64,000 bases of DNA from Salpingoeca rosetta (Eukaryota > Protista > Choanoflagellata): NCBI GenBank assembly GCA_033442325.1, contig JAWQFM010000008.1:496001-560000 (forward strand). Direction: 5' to 3'. Below, in pieces: positions 11,375-25,988 of the stretch; positions within the stretch are counted from its first letter, which is position 1; every line of letters begins with the position of its first letter. The notes under the pieces are model-generated. The model was not told the origin of the DNA. It searched no databases and worked only from the letters and a program-made list of their open reading frames with translations. Position numbers and translations under genes: made by a program.

Positions 11375-14300
11375 TCACATCCAGGCTGCATTGACGTGGA
11401 CTGCTGCGGACGTGGGATCAAACACTGCCTTGACCCCCAGTAAACAAGGCGCGCTCTCTTGGACCTCCTCGCTCGTTTGTTGCTGCTGCTGCTGCTTGGC
11501 TGCTTCTGTGGTGGCAGGGGCGCTGTCTGCACACGGCCGCTCGAGCACCTGCACGGCCGTGTGGCAGCGCAGCGCACCAGGCGCGTTGGATACCCGGATG
11601 ATAGATGTAGTGTCTGCAGCATCACATGTGTTCTCGCTGATCAGTGTGAAGTCCACCCACGCAAGCACGCAGTTGGCAACAGCTTCACCGCCATGGCCAG
11701 CCACGTCGCCATCACTGCTGCTCTGCTCCCTCCCGCCGGCGCGCCACATGGCCTCCCCTACCAATCGCAATTGCACACACAAGGGCAGGACACGCACACG
11801 AAGGCAGGCAGAGAGTAGAGACAAGCAGCACGGTTACCAGCGACAGCAACGCGAGAAGAGTGGCAGCAACAGCGATGAACGCCTTCCCACCCATCGCAAA
11901 CATTTCGTGTGGACCCGCACAGCGCACAAACCCTCCCTCACGTGCTCACCAGCTGCGTCGAGCGGGGTTTGGCTGGTGAGGTCCACGTCAAGGATGCAGC
12001 GCGGGGCGGCAAGCAGGCGGTACCCATTGTTGGGCAGAAACACCGTTTCCCACGACGCAAGCGCACACGCTCGATCGTACGCACTCAGGTCAAACCCAGA
12101 TACCTGTGGACCGCGAAGACGGGTCACATAGAGCACGCATGCACATATTCAATCATGCACATTTTATCACAACACAAACCTGTATAGCACCGACGAAAAC
12201 GCACAAACAGACAGGCAGACAGACACAAACAGGCAGACAGACACAAACAGGCAGACAGACACAAACAGGCAGACAGACACAAACAGGCAGAGTCACAACA
12301 CACACACACACACCGATCCAGATCCACCCACACCCCCCCCCCCACACACACACACACTCACTCTCTCTCTTACACACAAATATACAACACACATTTGTGC
12401 AACTGTACATTGTCGGCTGGCTGGCGGAGTGTGTGGTAGTCACGAAGCACGGCCGGCTGCACCATGAGATGGAAGCGACTCGGGATGATGACAGCATCGT
12501 CCGTCAGGCACGATTGCAGCGCTAGCCGCTCAAACAGGAAGCAAATCCTGCGGAAGGCACCCCACATGCCGTCAGCATACGGGTCCAAGGCGAACACTTC
12601 CCGTCATCACGCACACACACACACACACGCACACATACATGTGCAACTGAACATCGGGCCATCACGCACAGTCGCACAACAAAAAAAAAAGCACTTGCAC
12701 ACCATGCACAGCAGCAGGGCTGGTACGAACGTGTGCCAGGGGAGGTCTGCAAAGAGGTAGCTTGGCTCTGCCAGCAGCACATCGGCTGGTGCATTGTCCA
12801 AAAAGGAGACATTGACGTCCTCTGCGGAGGCGCGAATCACCTTCACCTTGGCTGCATCCTCATCCGGGAACACGCTCGTGACCGCCTGTGACCAGCAATA
12901 GTTGGTAAGTGAGGGGTAAGTTGCTGCTGCACCACAGCAACGACAACCAGTAATGCTCGCGGGTCAAGGAGAGTCGGATATGAGTGATAAAGATGCGCAG
13001 AGTGTGGTGCGAACAACGCCAATGGGAACAACCAACATCAACGAACAACAACGCCAAACCATTTAAGCAACAGCAAACAGCAAGCGTTCAACAACAAACA
13101 ACAAGTTCAAGCCACAATCTTCGGCCCTGCACTTACGCGAGCAAGGAAGTTCTGTTCGAGCACATACACGCGGTGCACGACGTCCAGCTGCGCGGCAACA
13201 ACTGGCAGGAAAGATGCATCACCAACACTGGTACGGTGCATACAACGACAGTGGCATCATCAATAGTTGAGAGCCGTATGATGCTCGAAACCGCAACACA
13301 AGCAAAAGCGCGATGCAAGACGCGACCACGCAATCACACACCATCATCCAAGGTCACTTGTGCACATGAATACGACCAACCACAGCACGCGCAGAGGTCG
13401 TTGCAACTGCGCATGCGCAACTTCAAGCGCACGCTCAAAGCACCTGACACGCACAGACATGCAGACAACACCAATGCCATCGAGCACGCATGTGTGTGCC
13501 GTCATGGACGAAGAAGCCGTAAGTTGAAAGCAAACAACAAGCCCATAGATGATCATGCCTGCAAACACATAAGGTACAGCTCAGGCAGACAACCAAGCCA
13601 ACAAACCCTCTCTCGCACGCAAGCGCAGCCATCACAACCAAACCAAAGGGAGCACATCATCCACAGCCAATGTCGTGTGTAATGACGTGGCTCACCGCCA
13701 ATATGACGCGTCGTGCAGGGCAGCGCGGCGGCGGCGGGGCAGTGGTGCAGCAAGCGGATCAGGTGGTGCATCAAGGCCATCTGAGGTCGGGGAAAACGCC
13801 CACGCATACTCATCGTGGCGGACAGCTAGCCTGGTGGGCACAGTGTGTGTGAGTGTGAGTGTGTGTGTGTGAGTGTGTGTGTGTGAGTGAGTGTGTGAGT
13901 GTGAGAGTGTGAGAGAGATTGTGTGTATGAGTGTGTCAGAGAGAGAGAGTGTGTGTGTGTGAGAGAGAGAACACGCACGTGTCGATTGCTCGTGTGTGAG
14001 TGGGGCACTCGACTCGATACGCCTTCGCATTGGCATTGCACACAAACGGTTGACATGCACATGGTGAGCACATTGCCACAAATACACACCAAGACGTAAC
14101 TCCTCACCTCGCAGCTGGGGGTGTAAGCGCTGCTGGTGATGGCAGTGTGTACACGCACGGCTGCCAGTGCTGCCGCCAGTGTCGCTCTGCAAAGCACATG
14201 TGTGCGCGGACATGCGTGAATGTCTGGGTGGTGAGAGAGCGAGCGAGAGTGTGTGTGTGTTTGTTTGTTTGTGTATTTGTTTGTGTGTGTGTGTGTGTGT

Positions 14301-15308
14301 GTTTGTGCATTTGTTTGTGTGTGTGTTTGTTTGTTTGTGTGTTTGTTTGTTTGTGTGTGTATGCGCGCGTGTGTGTGTGCACGTGCGCGGGAACAAGCAT
14401 GCGCGTTTGCTGTGTACCCACCAAAGCGCGCGCTTTCGTGGTCCTGTTTGTGGTGTTGGTAAGAGAACGAAGGCCAGTTGAGCAAAACGCCACCTCATGT
14501 TGTGTGTGCGTGTGTGCGTGCGTGTGTGCGTGCGTGTGTGCGTACATGTGAGCGTGCGTGTGAGCATGTGTACGCTCGGTTGGGACATGAGACGAGCACA
14601 CACCTTAGCTTCAGGTGTGAGGTCGAAGGTGACAGTGTGCTGCGCCGGCCAATCAAGGGTGCGCGCGTCTCTGCATCATTGGCAATCAATGCAGTACATG
14701 AGCACACATGACCAAAGCATACGCAATATACACATCAGCAGTCACACACGCAATATACACACGCACACATTCACACATTCACACGCAAGTGAGGACGGCA
14801 CGCAACGCACGCAAAGTCGAAGGTTTTCACAAGGGACACTTCTGAAAGATTTGTCCGGTCTGAAAGAAGCGTGTCGAGGTGACACTCAAGCGGCGATGGC
14901 GTGGCGTGTGCCTGATACCAGAACAAGAGAGAATGATTTGTGTGTGCGTGTGTGTGCGTGTAGTGTGTGCTTGTAGCCGGTGAACGCATGTTGAAATACA
15001 CACGAGGGCGCATGCATGCACATCTACGCAGCGGAACACACGTGCAGCGTGTGCGCTGAGACAATTCTCGTGTTTCGTGTTTGAGCGAAAGATATGTCCA
15101 TCAGCGTCAGCAGCGACACAGTGTCCAGCAATGCTTCATCCACAATGACAACAAACGCGTCCACACCTGTGGTCGACTCTTGAGTGTGCGCCGGCCAACG
15201 GTGGCGCCATCAACAAGGTGCAGGGCATCGAGCGTAGGGCTCCAGCACAGCTGCGCGTACACCGTTGCCTCTGAAGGAATGACGGTAACATCGCTCTTTG
15301 CGAGGTGC

Positions 15309-15365
<57 letters not shown>

Positions 15366-15624
15366 CGCGGGTGAATGTAAGACGGAAACAGACAGCCGTG
15401 ACTCGCTCGCTCGCACGCAGTCTCCTGCATCAACAACAACCATCATCCACCACCACCATCGTCATGAGCACCAGCATGGGGCCAATCAAGCGATCCACTG
15501 CAGGCACACCAACCTCCAAAGCATGCTTCATGGTACCAAGGACACCCTCGCCGATCAGTTCCGAGTCGAAGATCTCCATCACAATAATATCAGCCCGCAA
15601 AGGCATGTCACCTGCACGTGTTTT

Positions 15625-15668
<44 letters not shown>

Positions 15669-16634
15669 CGAGTGACTGTTTCCAACTTCAGGTCTCATGG
15701 CATTGCTGGGCTTAGTTCCCACGAGAGTGCCCTTATCACACACACATAGACACACACACACATATAGTCAAACACACACACACATAGACACACACACGTA
15801 CACGCGCTGCACCTTCAGGTCCAACTGTCATGTCGGTAGACCGCTTCTGGATGAGGGTGATGACGTCGTTCATGCCATTGGGTGCGATGCACTCGCGGGC
15901 CACTGCACACATGGCAGGGAACACCTGCAGTAGAGGGACATAAAACAGGAAGTGGTCAGATGAGCGAGTGTGCCTGCGTTGGCGGCAGAAAAGGAAGCCA
16001 TTGGCGTCTGCACAAACACACACACACACACGCACAAACGAACTTCGCAGGCAAAGACGTGGCGTGCGCCTGCGCGGGCAGCCATGAGCGCAAGAAGGCC
16101 CGTGCCGGTGCCAATATCCAATACAACGGCATCTTGTCCTTTTGCCTTCACACTCGCCGTGATGGCCGCTTCATACATGGCATTCTATCGACAACAAGGC
16201 AGGGGAAGAAGAAGCACCAGAGAGGAAGTGGAGGAGGGTGCGCCAAACAAGCGTCAGACGGAGGCGGCGGCCCTTTTGTCGTGAGCAACCAAGGGAAAGC
16301 GGGGGGGGGGGGGGTTCACGCCACATAATTGAGCACACATTCACAGACACACATGCTTACTCACACACACACCCAGACGCACACACTCGCACACACACAC
16401 ACACCACACATGCACACACACATGCACACACACACACGCACACACACATGCACACACACACACGCACACACACATGCACGCGCAGTGTGATAGCAGACGT
16501 ACGCGTTCTTGATCATGAAGCATATCACCATAAGTGGAAGCCGTTAGCTGCGCTGCATACTGTGCGCCTTCCTCCTCCTGTCGCAGCTCCTGCTGCCCTG
16601 TGCGTGGGTTCACCCCAATCACAATCGTCGCCAT
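11375..16634 (-). CDS. PRMT7: Protein arginine N-methyltransferase 7 (tandem PRMT modules), multi-exon
   Basis: [28 protein letters not shown]|[28 protein letters not shown]; double-E loop [11 protein letters not shown]; [12 protein letters not shown]; [10 protein letters not shown]; HDEYAWAF; degenerate second module with [10 protein letters not shown]. Internal exons are not all mapped. Confidence 0.9.
12211..12291. repeat. 18-bp intronic minisatellite (ACAGGCAGACAGACACAA) x4.5
   Basis: Directly visible tandem copies in a PRMT7 intron. Confidence 0.9.
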
Positions 16635-16897
16635 CTTAATTAACCTTCGGAGACACAGTTGAAGAGACAGTGAGCAGCATGCGTTGTGGTCCTTCCTCTT
16701 CACGTGTGTTTGTGCGTTTCCGCGCAACGGACAACCAACAACGGAATTGCCATTCATTGATGATCAGCAGCAACCAGCGAAGAACAAAGTGTGTGTGTGT
16801 GTGGGTGTGTGTGTGTGTGCTGGGTGCTGGGTGCTGCTTGCAAGGTGACAGGTGGCAGGAAAGAACTTGAGACGGGGATCGTCTATCAGCCATCATC

Positions 16898-19800
16898 ATG
16901 AGGTGGATGTCACAGCGGTGGGCACCACTTGTGCTGGGGTGGCTGATCGCAGTGACGAGCCTGATGCTGCTGGCGCAGGTGTTCACCACCAGCGACCTGT
17001 CCAGTGTGGAGCGACAACGGCTACGCACGCCTCGCCAGGTCCCCTCCGATGCCAATCACGCTCACGCACACGAAAACCGACACGGCCAGGCCGGCCTGTC
17101 TCAACGGCAGGGATCGCGTGGGAATGTGGACGGCCTACAACATAGGGCGCAGCTTCTGGGAGAAGAAGACGACGACGACGACATCGACGACTTTAAGCCT
17201 CAACAACAAGCATGGAAGAAACAAGCGCCGCGTACTGACCCTGGGGCGGCCAATCCAGGTGTGTCTGTGTGTTTGTGAGAGAGAGTGTGTGTGCGTGTGT
17301 GTGCGCGTGTGTGTGTGTATGTGTGTATGTGGGTGTGTTTGCGCGTGTGCGTGTGTACGTGTGTGTGCCACAACACTGCCATTACCCCTGCTGCATTACC
17401 TACACCGCCAGTGGTGATGATGCTTGTTTTGCTTTCAACGCGCAATGGCGGCTTCGGAGTGTTTACGTCTCCGTGTAGATTATGCGTGTGAGAAGACTAC
17501 CACGCCGTTGCCGAGCGCTTTTATTACACCCACCCATTCATCATCGCTGTGTTAATGCCCCATCGCTTGCGTGCCCGCGTGCACATGTGCTCTGCACACA
17601 CTGAGCAGACGATGATGCCGTGTCCTCCACATCAACAACGGCGGGCACATCATCTGTTGCACAGCCGGTGCTCCGGCACCAGCGTCCGCCGCCTGACACG
17701 GACGACGATGACGATGCTGCTGGCAATACGAAAGCGCAGGACAGCGCAGGGGATGGAGATGGTGGTGGTGGTGGCAAGCCAGACGGCTTGGATCGGCCCG
17801 GTGTGCGTGCTGCAGGCCACAACACAGACATTGATGACGATGCCGTTGGTGATGACGCCACAAAGGTTTCAGAACGTATGCGTAGGCATCGGCAGCAGAG
17901 GCACGGGCGGCTCATCGATGACGATGACGACCTCGTTGAAAAGCAGCCGGTCAAGAAGGCAGCAGGGCCAAACGGCCCAGGAGAAAGGCGGAAAGACGCG
18001 CAGTTTGCACAACACCCAGAGGCACCCGTCGACAAGCCACACCGGCAACAGGAGCAGCAGCTTAAGCAACAAGAGCAACAGGAACAGGAACAGGAGCAGG
18101 TGACACCGTGGTCCCAGCGCGAAGAGTTTCAGAGGTTGGCACGGGCAAGACAGATTGCCGGCCAGGAGGGCGCGGCACAAGGTGGTGGCGGTGGCGGCGG
18201 CGGCGGTGGTGATGGTGGTGGGAAACGGAAGGCAGCAGCACCCAAGAAGACACCCCCACCACTGCCCAAGGTGCGTCCCCTTGATATCAGCAGAGGCGAT
18301 GAAGCAGGGTTGACGTGGTCGCTGCAGTGGCAGCAGGAGGTGCGGCCGCTTCAGTCCTCAGCTGCACTCTTGACAAATGCAAGCAGCAACAGTATGGCGA
18401 CGACAGACACCACGGTGCGTACGTGTGTATATGTGTGTGTGTGCATTTGTGTATGTGAGCGCGCGTGCGTGTGTATATGTGTGTGTGTGCATTTGTGTAT
18501 GTGAGCGCGCGTGCGTGTGTATATGTGTGTGTGTGTGCATTTGTATATGTGAGCGTGTGCGTGTGTGTATGTGCATGCGTGCACTCTCGTGTGTGTGTGT
18601 GCGGAAGTGACGATTATGTGGGGATTTGTACGTGCCCACAGACGCTTTTTCCTTCACTCACATCCCGTCCACATATTTACGAATCCATACACCATACATG
18701 CACCACCACGCTATCCACTGTGGCAGGTGGAAAAGATGCAAGCACGTGTGGACTTCTCTGATATGACGCGTGGTTGGCATCCCAAGAACCTCAACCCCGA
18801 CACCGCCCCCGTTTCACGTGCCAAGCCGCTAGAAGTACGTGTGGTGGTGGTGGTGGTGGTTGTCGTGTGCATTCGATGGGCGTTGTTGTTTTGTTTTGTT
18901 TCGGCAAGTGTCTTGCATGCGTGTGTGTACGCGTGTACATGCGTGCGTGTGAGAGTCGTGGTGCTCGAGGTGTAGATGTGTTCACCTTGTGCTCGGCAAC
19001 GGCTGCGTATCCAGCGCTCACCCCCAGTGTCTTCCGTTGCTCTTCGTCTGCTTTCCAGGTGATTCTCATGCCCCACACGCACGTCGACCCAGGTCCTTGA
19101 CGCGCCCCTTGAGCGCATGCCTGCATGTGTGCGTGTTGCGCGTAGGCCTTGTTGCGTTGATCACCCACTCGTCGCCGCGCTTTGCATCTGATAGCTCTGT
19201 TGCATACACACGTGCGCGCACATACACAACCACAACCACAAATGAACACAAACACTATGGAAGTCATCAAACAACACTCACACCCACATACACACATGCA
19301 TACACGCACACAGGTTGGATTCGCACATTTGATGACTACTACCAGAAGCAGACAAAGGCCATCCTGGACACGGTGACGGATTTCTTGGCCGCTCGTCCAT
19401 TTCGCAAGTTTATTTGGGCAGAGATCAGTTTTCTGCAGGCCTGGTGGCATGATGCAACACCTGACCGCCGGCGAACCTTCAGGAACCTCGTGCGGCGTGG
19501 ACAGATGGAGATTGTCACAGGAGGTGCGTGAATGCGTGCACATGTACATGCATGCATGCATGCATGCGTGCGTGTGTGTGTGGTCTACAACTTGCAGTGT
19601 GCGCCTGTGTAATTACAACCCGTGCACGCAACCTGCACATGACTGTGCTTGTGATAGCAGCGCCATTGTTCCACGTCATCCTCACACTTGCTCTCTCTGT
19701 GCGTGAATGCAAATGTATGGCTACACGTGGTCGTGCGCATATGTGTGGCCGCGCGCATGTGTGTGTGTGTGTGCATGTTTGCGTTGGAACGACGCCAGGG

Positions 19801-21025
19801 TGGGTGATGACGGAGGAGGCGTGCTCGCACTATTTCTCAATGGTGGATCAACTCATTGAGGGCCAGATCTGGGTCAACGAAACATTTGGTGCGTGCACCT
19901 GTGTGTGCATGAAAATGCGTGTGTACGTGTTTGTGCTTGTACGCCTGACTGGAATTGCTCCATGTGTTTGGAGAGGAGAGGAGAGGGAGGACCTGGACAC
20001 GCACTCGTGCAGTTGAGTTTACCAGGGCGCGTTAGAGACAGTAGCCACCACTGTGCTTGGAACCTTCACTTTTTGTCATTTTTCAAGCAGCCCCTTATCA
20101 CCACATCAACCGCCCACAACACTCTGCACCTCTGTTCCTCACGAAACACACACACACACCACAATCACCCTTCAAATTGGTAACATCAACAGGCGTCGTG
20201 CCTGCGACTGGCTGGTCAGTTGATCCGTTTGGACACACGCCCACCATGGCGTTTATCAACAGCAAGGCCGGATTGAAGGTTTGGCGCACTCCTTTCCAGC
20301 ACCTTCGAATGCACATCTGGCGACCCACGTAGTTTTGCACGCAAATCCCATGTATGTACACCCACAAGCTCACATGTTTGCGCACTCGTTTGCGTGTGTG
20401 TGCTTTGTGCTCGTGTGTGTGTATGCATGTGTGCTTGTGTGCTTGTGCACTTTGTGTGTACGTGTGTGTGTGTTTTGTTAAATCTACGCTGCAGGGCATG
20501 GTGATTGATCGCATTCACTGGCGTCTAAAGCAGCAGATGCAACAGCGCAACGAACTCGTCTTCCGGTGCGATACTGTCTCTTGTGTCGCCCTTCTGTGTG
20601 TGTATGTGTGTGTATGTGTGTGTGTATGTGTGTGTGTGTGTGGCTATTTTGGTTCGGAACCTGCAATGAGGTTTGTTCGTCGCGTGTTTATTCATTGAAT
20701 AACCGTGGTGTCTGCCGCGAATTGAACGTTTGACGTCAGGTGGCAGCAAGATTGGGATACAACGGCAAACACGGCTGTGCTGACACACACGCTTCCATTC
20801 TACCTGTATGACGTTCACTACACGTGCGGTGAGTGCTGTGATTCATGCAATGCTGTTTTGCACAGCTCATTCACTACCATTGTCGCAATCTTGCTCCCTC
20901 TCCTTGCACACACTTGTGTATGTGTGTATGTGCGTGTTTTGAGAGGGGTGGAAAACAAGGAATGAGAAAAAAGAAATAGCACCCCCCCCACACCTACTCC
21001 CACACCCACACCCACGCCCACACCC

Positions 21026-21079
<54 letters not shown>

Positions 21080-22125
21080 TCATTCCTTTGCTCTTGTCGT
21101 GTTTGTGTGCGTGATGCCAGGCCCCGACTATGCCGTGTGCTGCCAGCTCGACTTTGGGTTGGCGTATTTCAAGAAGAAGCTGACACCGCAGTGCGCCGAG
21201 TTTGGTGCAAAGGTCAGTTGCCAGTGCAAGCGTAACCTGATACGCACAAGTATGCATGTGTGCGTATCTGTGCGTATGTGTGTGTGTGTGTGTGTGCAGC
21301 TGCATACATGCACAGCGGTTTCTTCTTGCATATACGTACAACTTTTTCTGCATGTACACCGCCACCATTGCCGTGCGTGTTGCTCAACCATCCATCGTCC
21401 CATGCAGACAACGGTTCGCCCGATCATCCCCGGGTATGAACAGAACGCGGCGCTGCAACTCATCGAACAGTACAGGTGATGGCGATGGTCGCTGTTTAGT
21501 GCGCCGTGGTGGCGGCACACACTCGCAAGTGAATTGTTCCACTTTGCGTCTCATGCAGTGCCAGCATGGGGTGTGCTGAAACGATATGTACACGATGTGA
21601 ACCATATACACATACATGTCCTCACACCAACTCACTCATTTACTCTCACATGCATACATACGCATACACACATGCACACATACATGCACACATGCACACA
21701 CGCATATACACACGTTCAAACGCACAACCACACATATGTTGCAGAAAACAAGCGCTGCTGTTCAAGAACAACGTTGTGCTGCACCCGATTGGCGGTGATT
21801 TCCGCTACACGTCGCACCAGGAGATTGCAGCCCAGCTCGACAGCTACACACGCATCATGAAATACGTGCGTGCACGTGTGCGTGCGTGCGTGCGTGCATG
21901 CGTGCATGCGTGCCTTGCATCTGTTGTCGTACATGTACATCGTGCGTCTTGCGCGTGGTTGTGCCTTTGCTTGTGTGCTTGTGGTAGTGTGTGTGTGGTT
22001 GTGGTTGTGGTTTGTCCTGCATGTGCTGATCGCTTCTCACCGACAACTCTGGCCCTTGTGTGTCCATGCGCATTCATGTGTTTATCCTGACACCTGCACC
22101 TTTAATCCCTCGCTCTCTCCCGCGC

Positions 22126-22162
<37 letters not shown>

Positions 22163-23710
22163 GCAGATCAACTCACAGCCGGAATTGAATGTCAACGTTC
22201 GCTTTGGCACCCTTCGTGACTATTTCAACGCCATCGAAGACAAGGCGACACCAACAACGTACGACCAAACATCCACTGCCGCCGCTCACAGATGCGCTTA
22301 CGATACTTGTGCTCATCCCGTCCATGATCTGAACACTTGTGATCTCAGACACAGCGCTTCATATCTGCTGCGTTTGATTGCACTCACCACAATGTGCCCT
22401 CGCGTGCTCACTGCACACCATGCGCCGTCACCATACATCACCACCACGATCATCAGTTACCCAACGCTGACTGGGCACTTCATGCCTTACAGCGATCGCC
22501 GCGACCACTACTGGACAGGCACGTGCATACGTGTGGACACTTGCACGCTTGTTGTGCTCTTTGATTGGCCCACCACTGCTCTTTGAATGGCTTCCAACAC
22601 GGCTTGCTCTCACACGCACGCGAGTGCACGTCCGCAACATCAACATGCTCGCAACACCCAACAACCGCCACCCCCTCATGCAGGGTTTTACACGACGCGC
22701 ACATACCTCAAGCGCCTGTCTCGGGAGCTGGAAAGGATTCTGAAGAGCACGGAAGTGCTGCACGCGCTTGCACTTGCAAAGGTAGGGTTGTGTATGTGTG
22801 TGTGTGGCCGGGGGGGGGAGCTTTTGAGTGACATGCATTTGTTTGCTGCCACATGTGGATAGTGGGCGAGCGCCTTTCATGTAGCGTACAGCTGCACTCA
22901 TCTTGCCACACACATCACATATGCACGTCACAAACTTTCTCGCACATGTTGATGCCCATGCGCACATCCACCCACACATACACGCACTTAACGGCACTCT
23001 GTCACAATTCTCACGCTCTTGCCCACACCCACACACTCGCACTCGCGCAACTTTGTGTTTACCAGCTGCATTATCCACCGCACGCGTGTGATGACTGCGG
23101 ACAATTTCTCACACGCGCCCGGCGGGAGCTTGGCATCTTGCAGCACCACGATGGTGAGCATGGCTGTTGCTGTGTTTGTGCATTGGGAATGTTCATGCAT
23201 TGGAATGTGTGTCTCCTGCGCTGCTTTGGTGTGTCGGGGAAGGGGTTGTCTGTGCTGGGTCTTGTTGTGGACACTGGGTGTCTTTCTACGCACACCCTGT
23301 TTCGGTGGTTCACCTCATTCGATTGCTTTGCTTCGCTCGTGGCATGCATGACACTTGTGCTCCTGCTGAACACGTTTCGCGTGATGCAACCCGCTTGCAC
23401 CCGCCTGTTCTCCTGGTGTTGTATTGTGGTGGCGTGTTTGTGTTGCACGTTGTGGTTAACAGCCATCACTGGAACGGCGAAGATCAAAGTGGTCAACGAC
23501 TACGTTCGGCGTCTCAAGATTGCTGTCAATGGGCTGCTGGTGTGTTTGTTTGCGCTGATGCTTCATGAGGCATGTTTGTGTGCTCAGCTTGGATTGTTTC
23601 CGGCTACAGTCAGCAGCGTGTTTCCGCAAGCAACGCACCTCGCTTGGTGTGGAACGCACGTTCCCGAGTGCACATGTACACACACACATGCACACACACA
23701 CAAACACCCA

Positions 23711-23750
<40 letters not shown>

Positions 23751-23909
23751 CAGGATGTTGCGTCGAGCAGCCTGGCGTCACTTGTTGGATTGGCAGCAGT
23801 GGATGTGACGTCTGTGCAGCGCATGCTTGATCTCGCGTATGCCATCACAGATGATGTACTCGCACCAGACGCGAGGTGCGGAACGGAGCCCCTGTTGTTG
23901 TTGTTGTTT

Positions 23910-24001
<92 letters not shown>

Positions 24002-24423
24002 GATTTAAGTTGTTGTTGGTAGCGGTGGTGGTGGTGTTGTTGTTGTTGTTGATTTAAGTTGTTGTTGGTAGCGGTGGTGGTGTTGTTGTTGTTTAAGTTG
24101 CTGTTGTTGTTGTTTTAAGTTTAAGTTGTTGTTGTCGCGGTTTTGGGGGACACGCGATTTCTACAATTCACCGCGTGCTGTTTCACCTCACACCAAGGCT
24201 TCATTCACCCCTTTTCCTACTGTTTGTCTGCTCCCCCGTGTTTGCTCGTCCAGCTCTGTGCTGTCCATTCCCAACACGAGTTTGCAGCCGTTTTCGGGGC
24301 CCCTCCGCATCTTCGTCAGCTCTCCCCACGTTCAACTCAAATCACGTACGCTTTTGACCAACGTTTGCTTGCTCGTTTGTTGCTGGTGTGGCGTGTGCGT
24401 GTGCTTGTGCTTGTGCGTGTGCG

Positions 24424-24466
<43 letters not shown>

Positions 24467-25907
24467 GTTCACCTCCCTCAACCACATTCCCACCTCTTCA
24501 ATGGCCACCCATCAATGATGCGTATGAATGGCTCATGCGTGCACCTCCATGATACTTTGCAGAGGATGATATCCCGGTTCCGCAGCAGCTAATGCCTGTG
24601 TTTGACAGCGACGGTCTTCCAGTGAAGGATATTTTTGCCCTCTGGTTCACTGTCACCGTCGCGCCACTGTCCGTGGTCTCTCTTCAGGTGTGGCGTGAAT
24701 GCACGTACATGCCAGTATTTGGTGCTGTTGCATGGCTTGTTCCTCGTGTACTTGCCTCATATGCCCTTTCTTATCTTTGACACACACATATGTACACATG
24801 CATTCGTGTACCGACTCACGTACTCACGCCAATACACGTGCAAGTACACGTGTGCATTCACACACACACACTCTCTCTCTCTCTCACTCTCTCACACACA
24901 CTCACACACTCACACACACACACTCTCAACACACACACACTCACACATACACATATGCACACGCCGTCAGCTCCACGCCACACCGACAGCGCAGCAGCCA
25001 CCAGTGCCAACAATCCAAATTGCTCACCGCGACGGGGCAAAACCATCCGCCAGGCTTGCGGAGGAGCAGGGTTTGGGCACTTTCAGCGTTGAAGCGTTTG
25101 ACCCACAGGACGACGTTGTAGTTCGTTCTGGCGACGTTGAAGTGTCGTGTGACGCGCAAACCGGGTATCTCAAGTCCATCACAGCTGGTGGAAACACCGT
25201 ACACGCTGGCATTTCGTTTGATATCTACACTTCCAGGTGCGCATTTCATGCGTGCATGTGCTCGCGCGTTGTTGTTCTGCTGCCACTCTTTGTTTTCTGT
25301 GTCCACGTCCAAACGAGCGCTTCAATCTTGCACGCATATACTTGCAGTTGCACACTTGCACTCACTCGCATTCATGTCACTTGTATTTCAATCAAATGCT
25401 GTACACGTGCGCCCAATGCCTCATGTCTCCTCCTCCCCGCCTACTTTTTCTTCTTCTGCTGTTTGCTCTTGTCGTCTCTGTTTGCGTTGCCTTTGAAGGA
25501 CCGGCAAGGACGATCACAGCGGCGCATATCTGTTCATGCCAGACGGGCCTGCAAAGCCTTATCAGACCTTCAATGGCACTGTTATCCACGTGATCAAGGT
25601 GTGAATGACTGCAGCTGTGTGGCGTGTATGCACACATCCACATGGTGCCGCTCTCCCTGTGTGTGTGTGCGTGTGTGCGTGTCAATCGCGCATCGAGACA
25701 TGCGACTTGTAACATGAGAGAACCCTGGTGCTGTACATCTTCAACGCCCGTCGTGACACTGAATGTGCATTGTAACGGGGGGTTTCCTATGTATGCTTCA
25801 AATCAGGGCCCATTTGTGTCAGAGGTACAAGTCCAAACCACGCATTTCCGCCACACCCTTCGTCTCTTCAACCAGGATGTAAGTACAAGAACTGCAACCG
25901 GGTTTGC

Positions 25908-25939
<32 letters not shown>

Positions 25940-25951
25940 GTGTGTGTGTGC

Positions 25952-25988
<37 letters not shown>

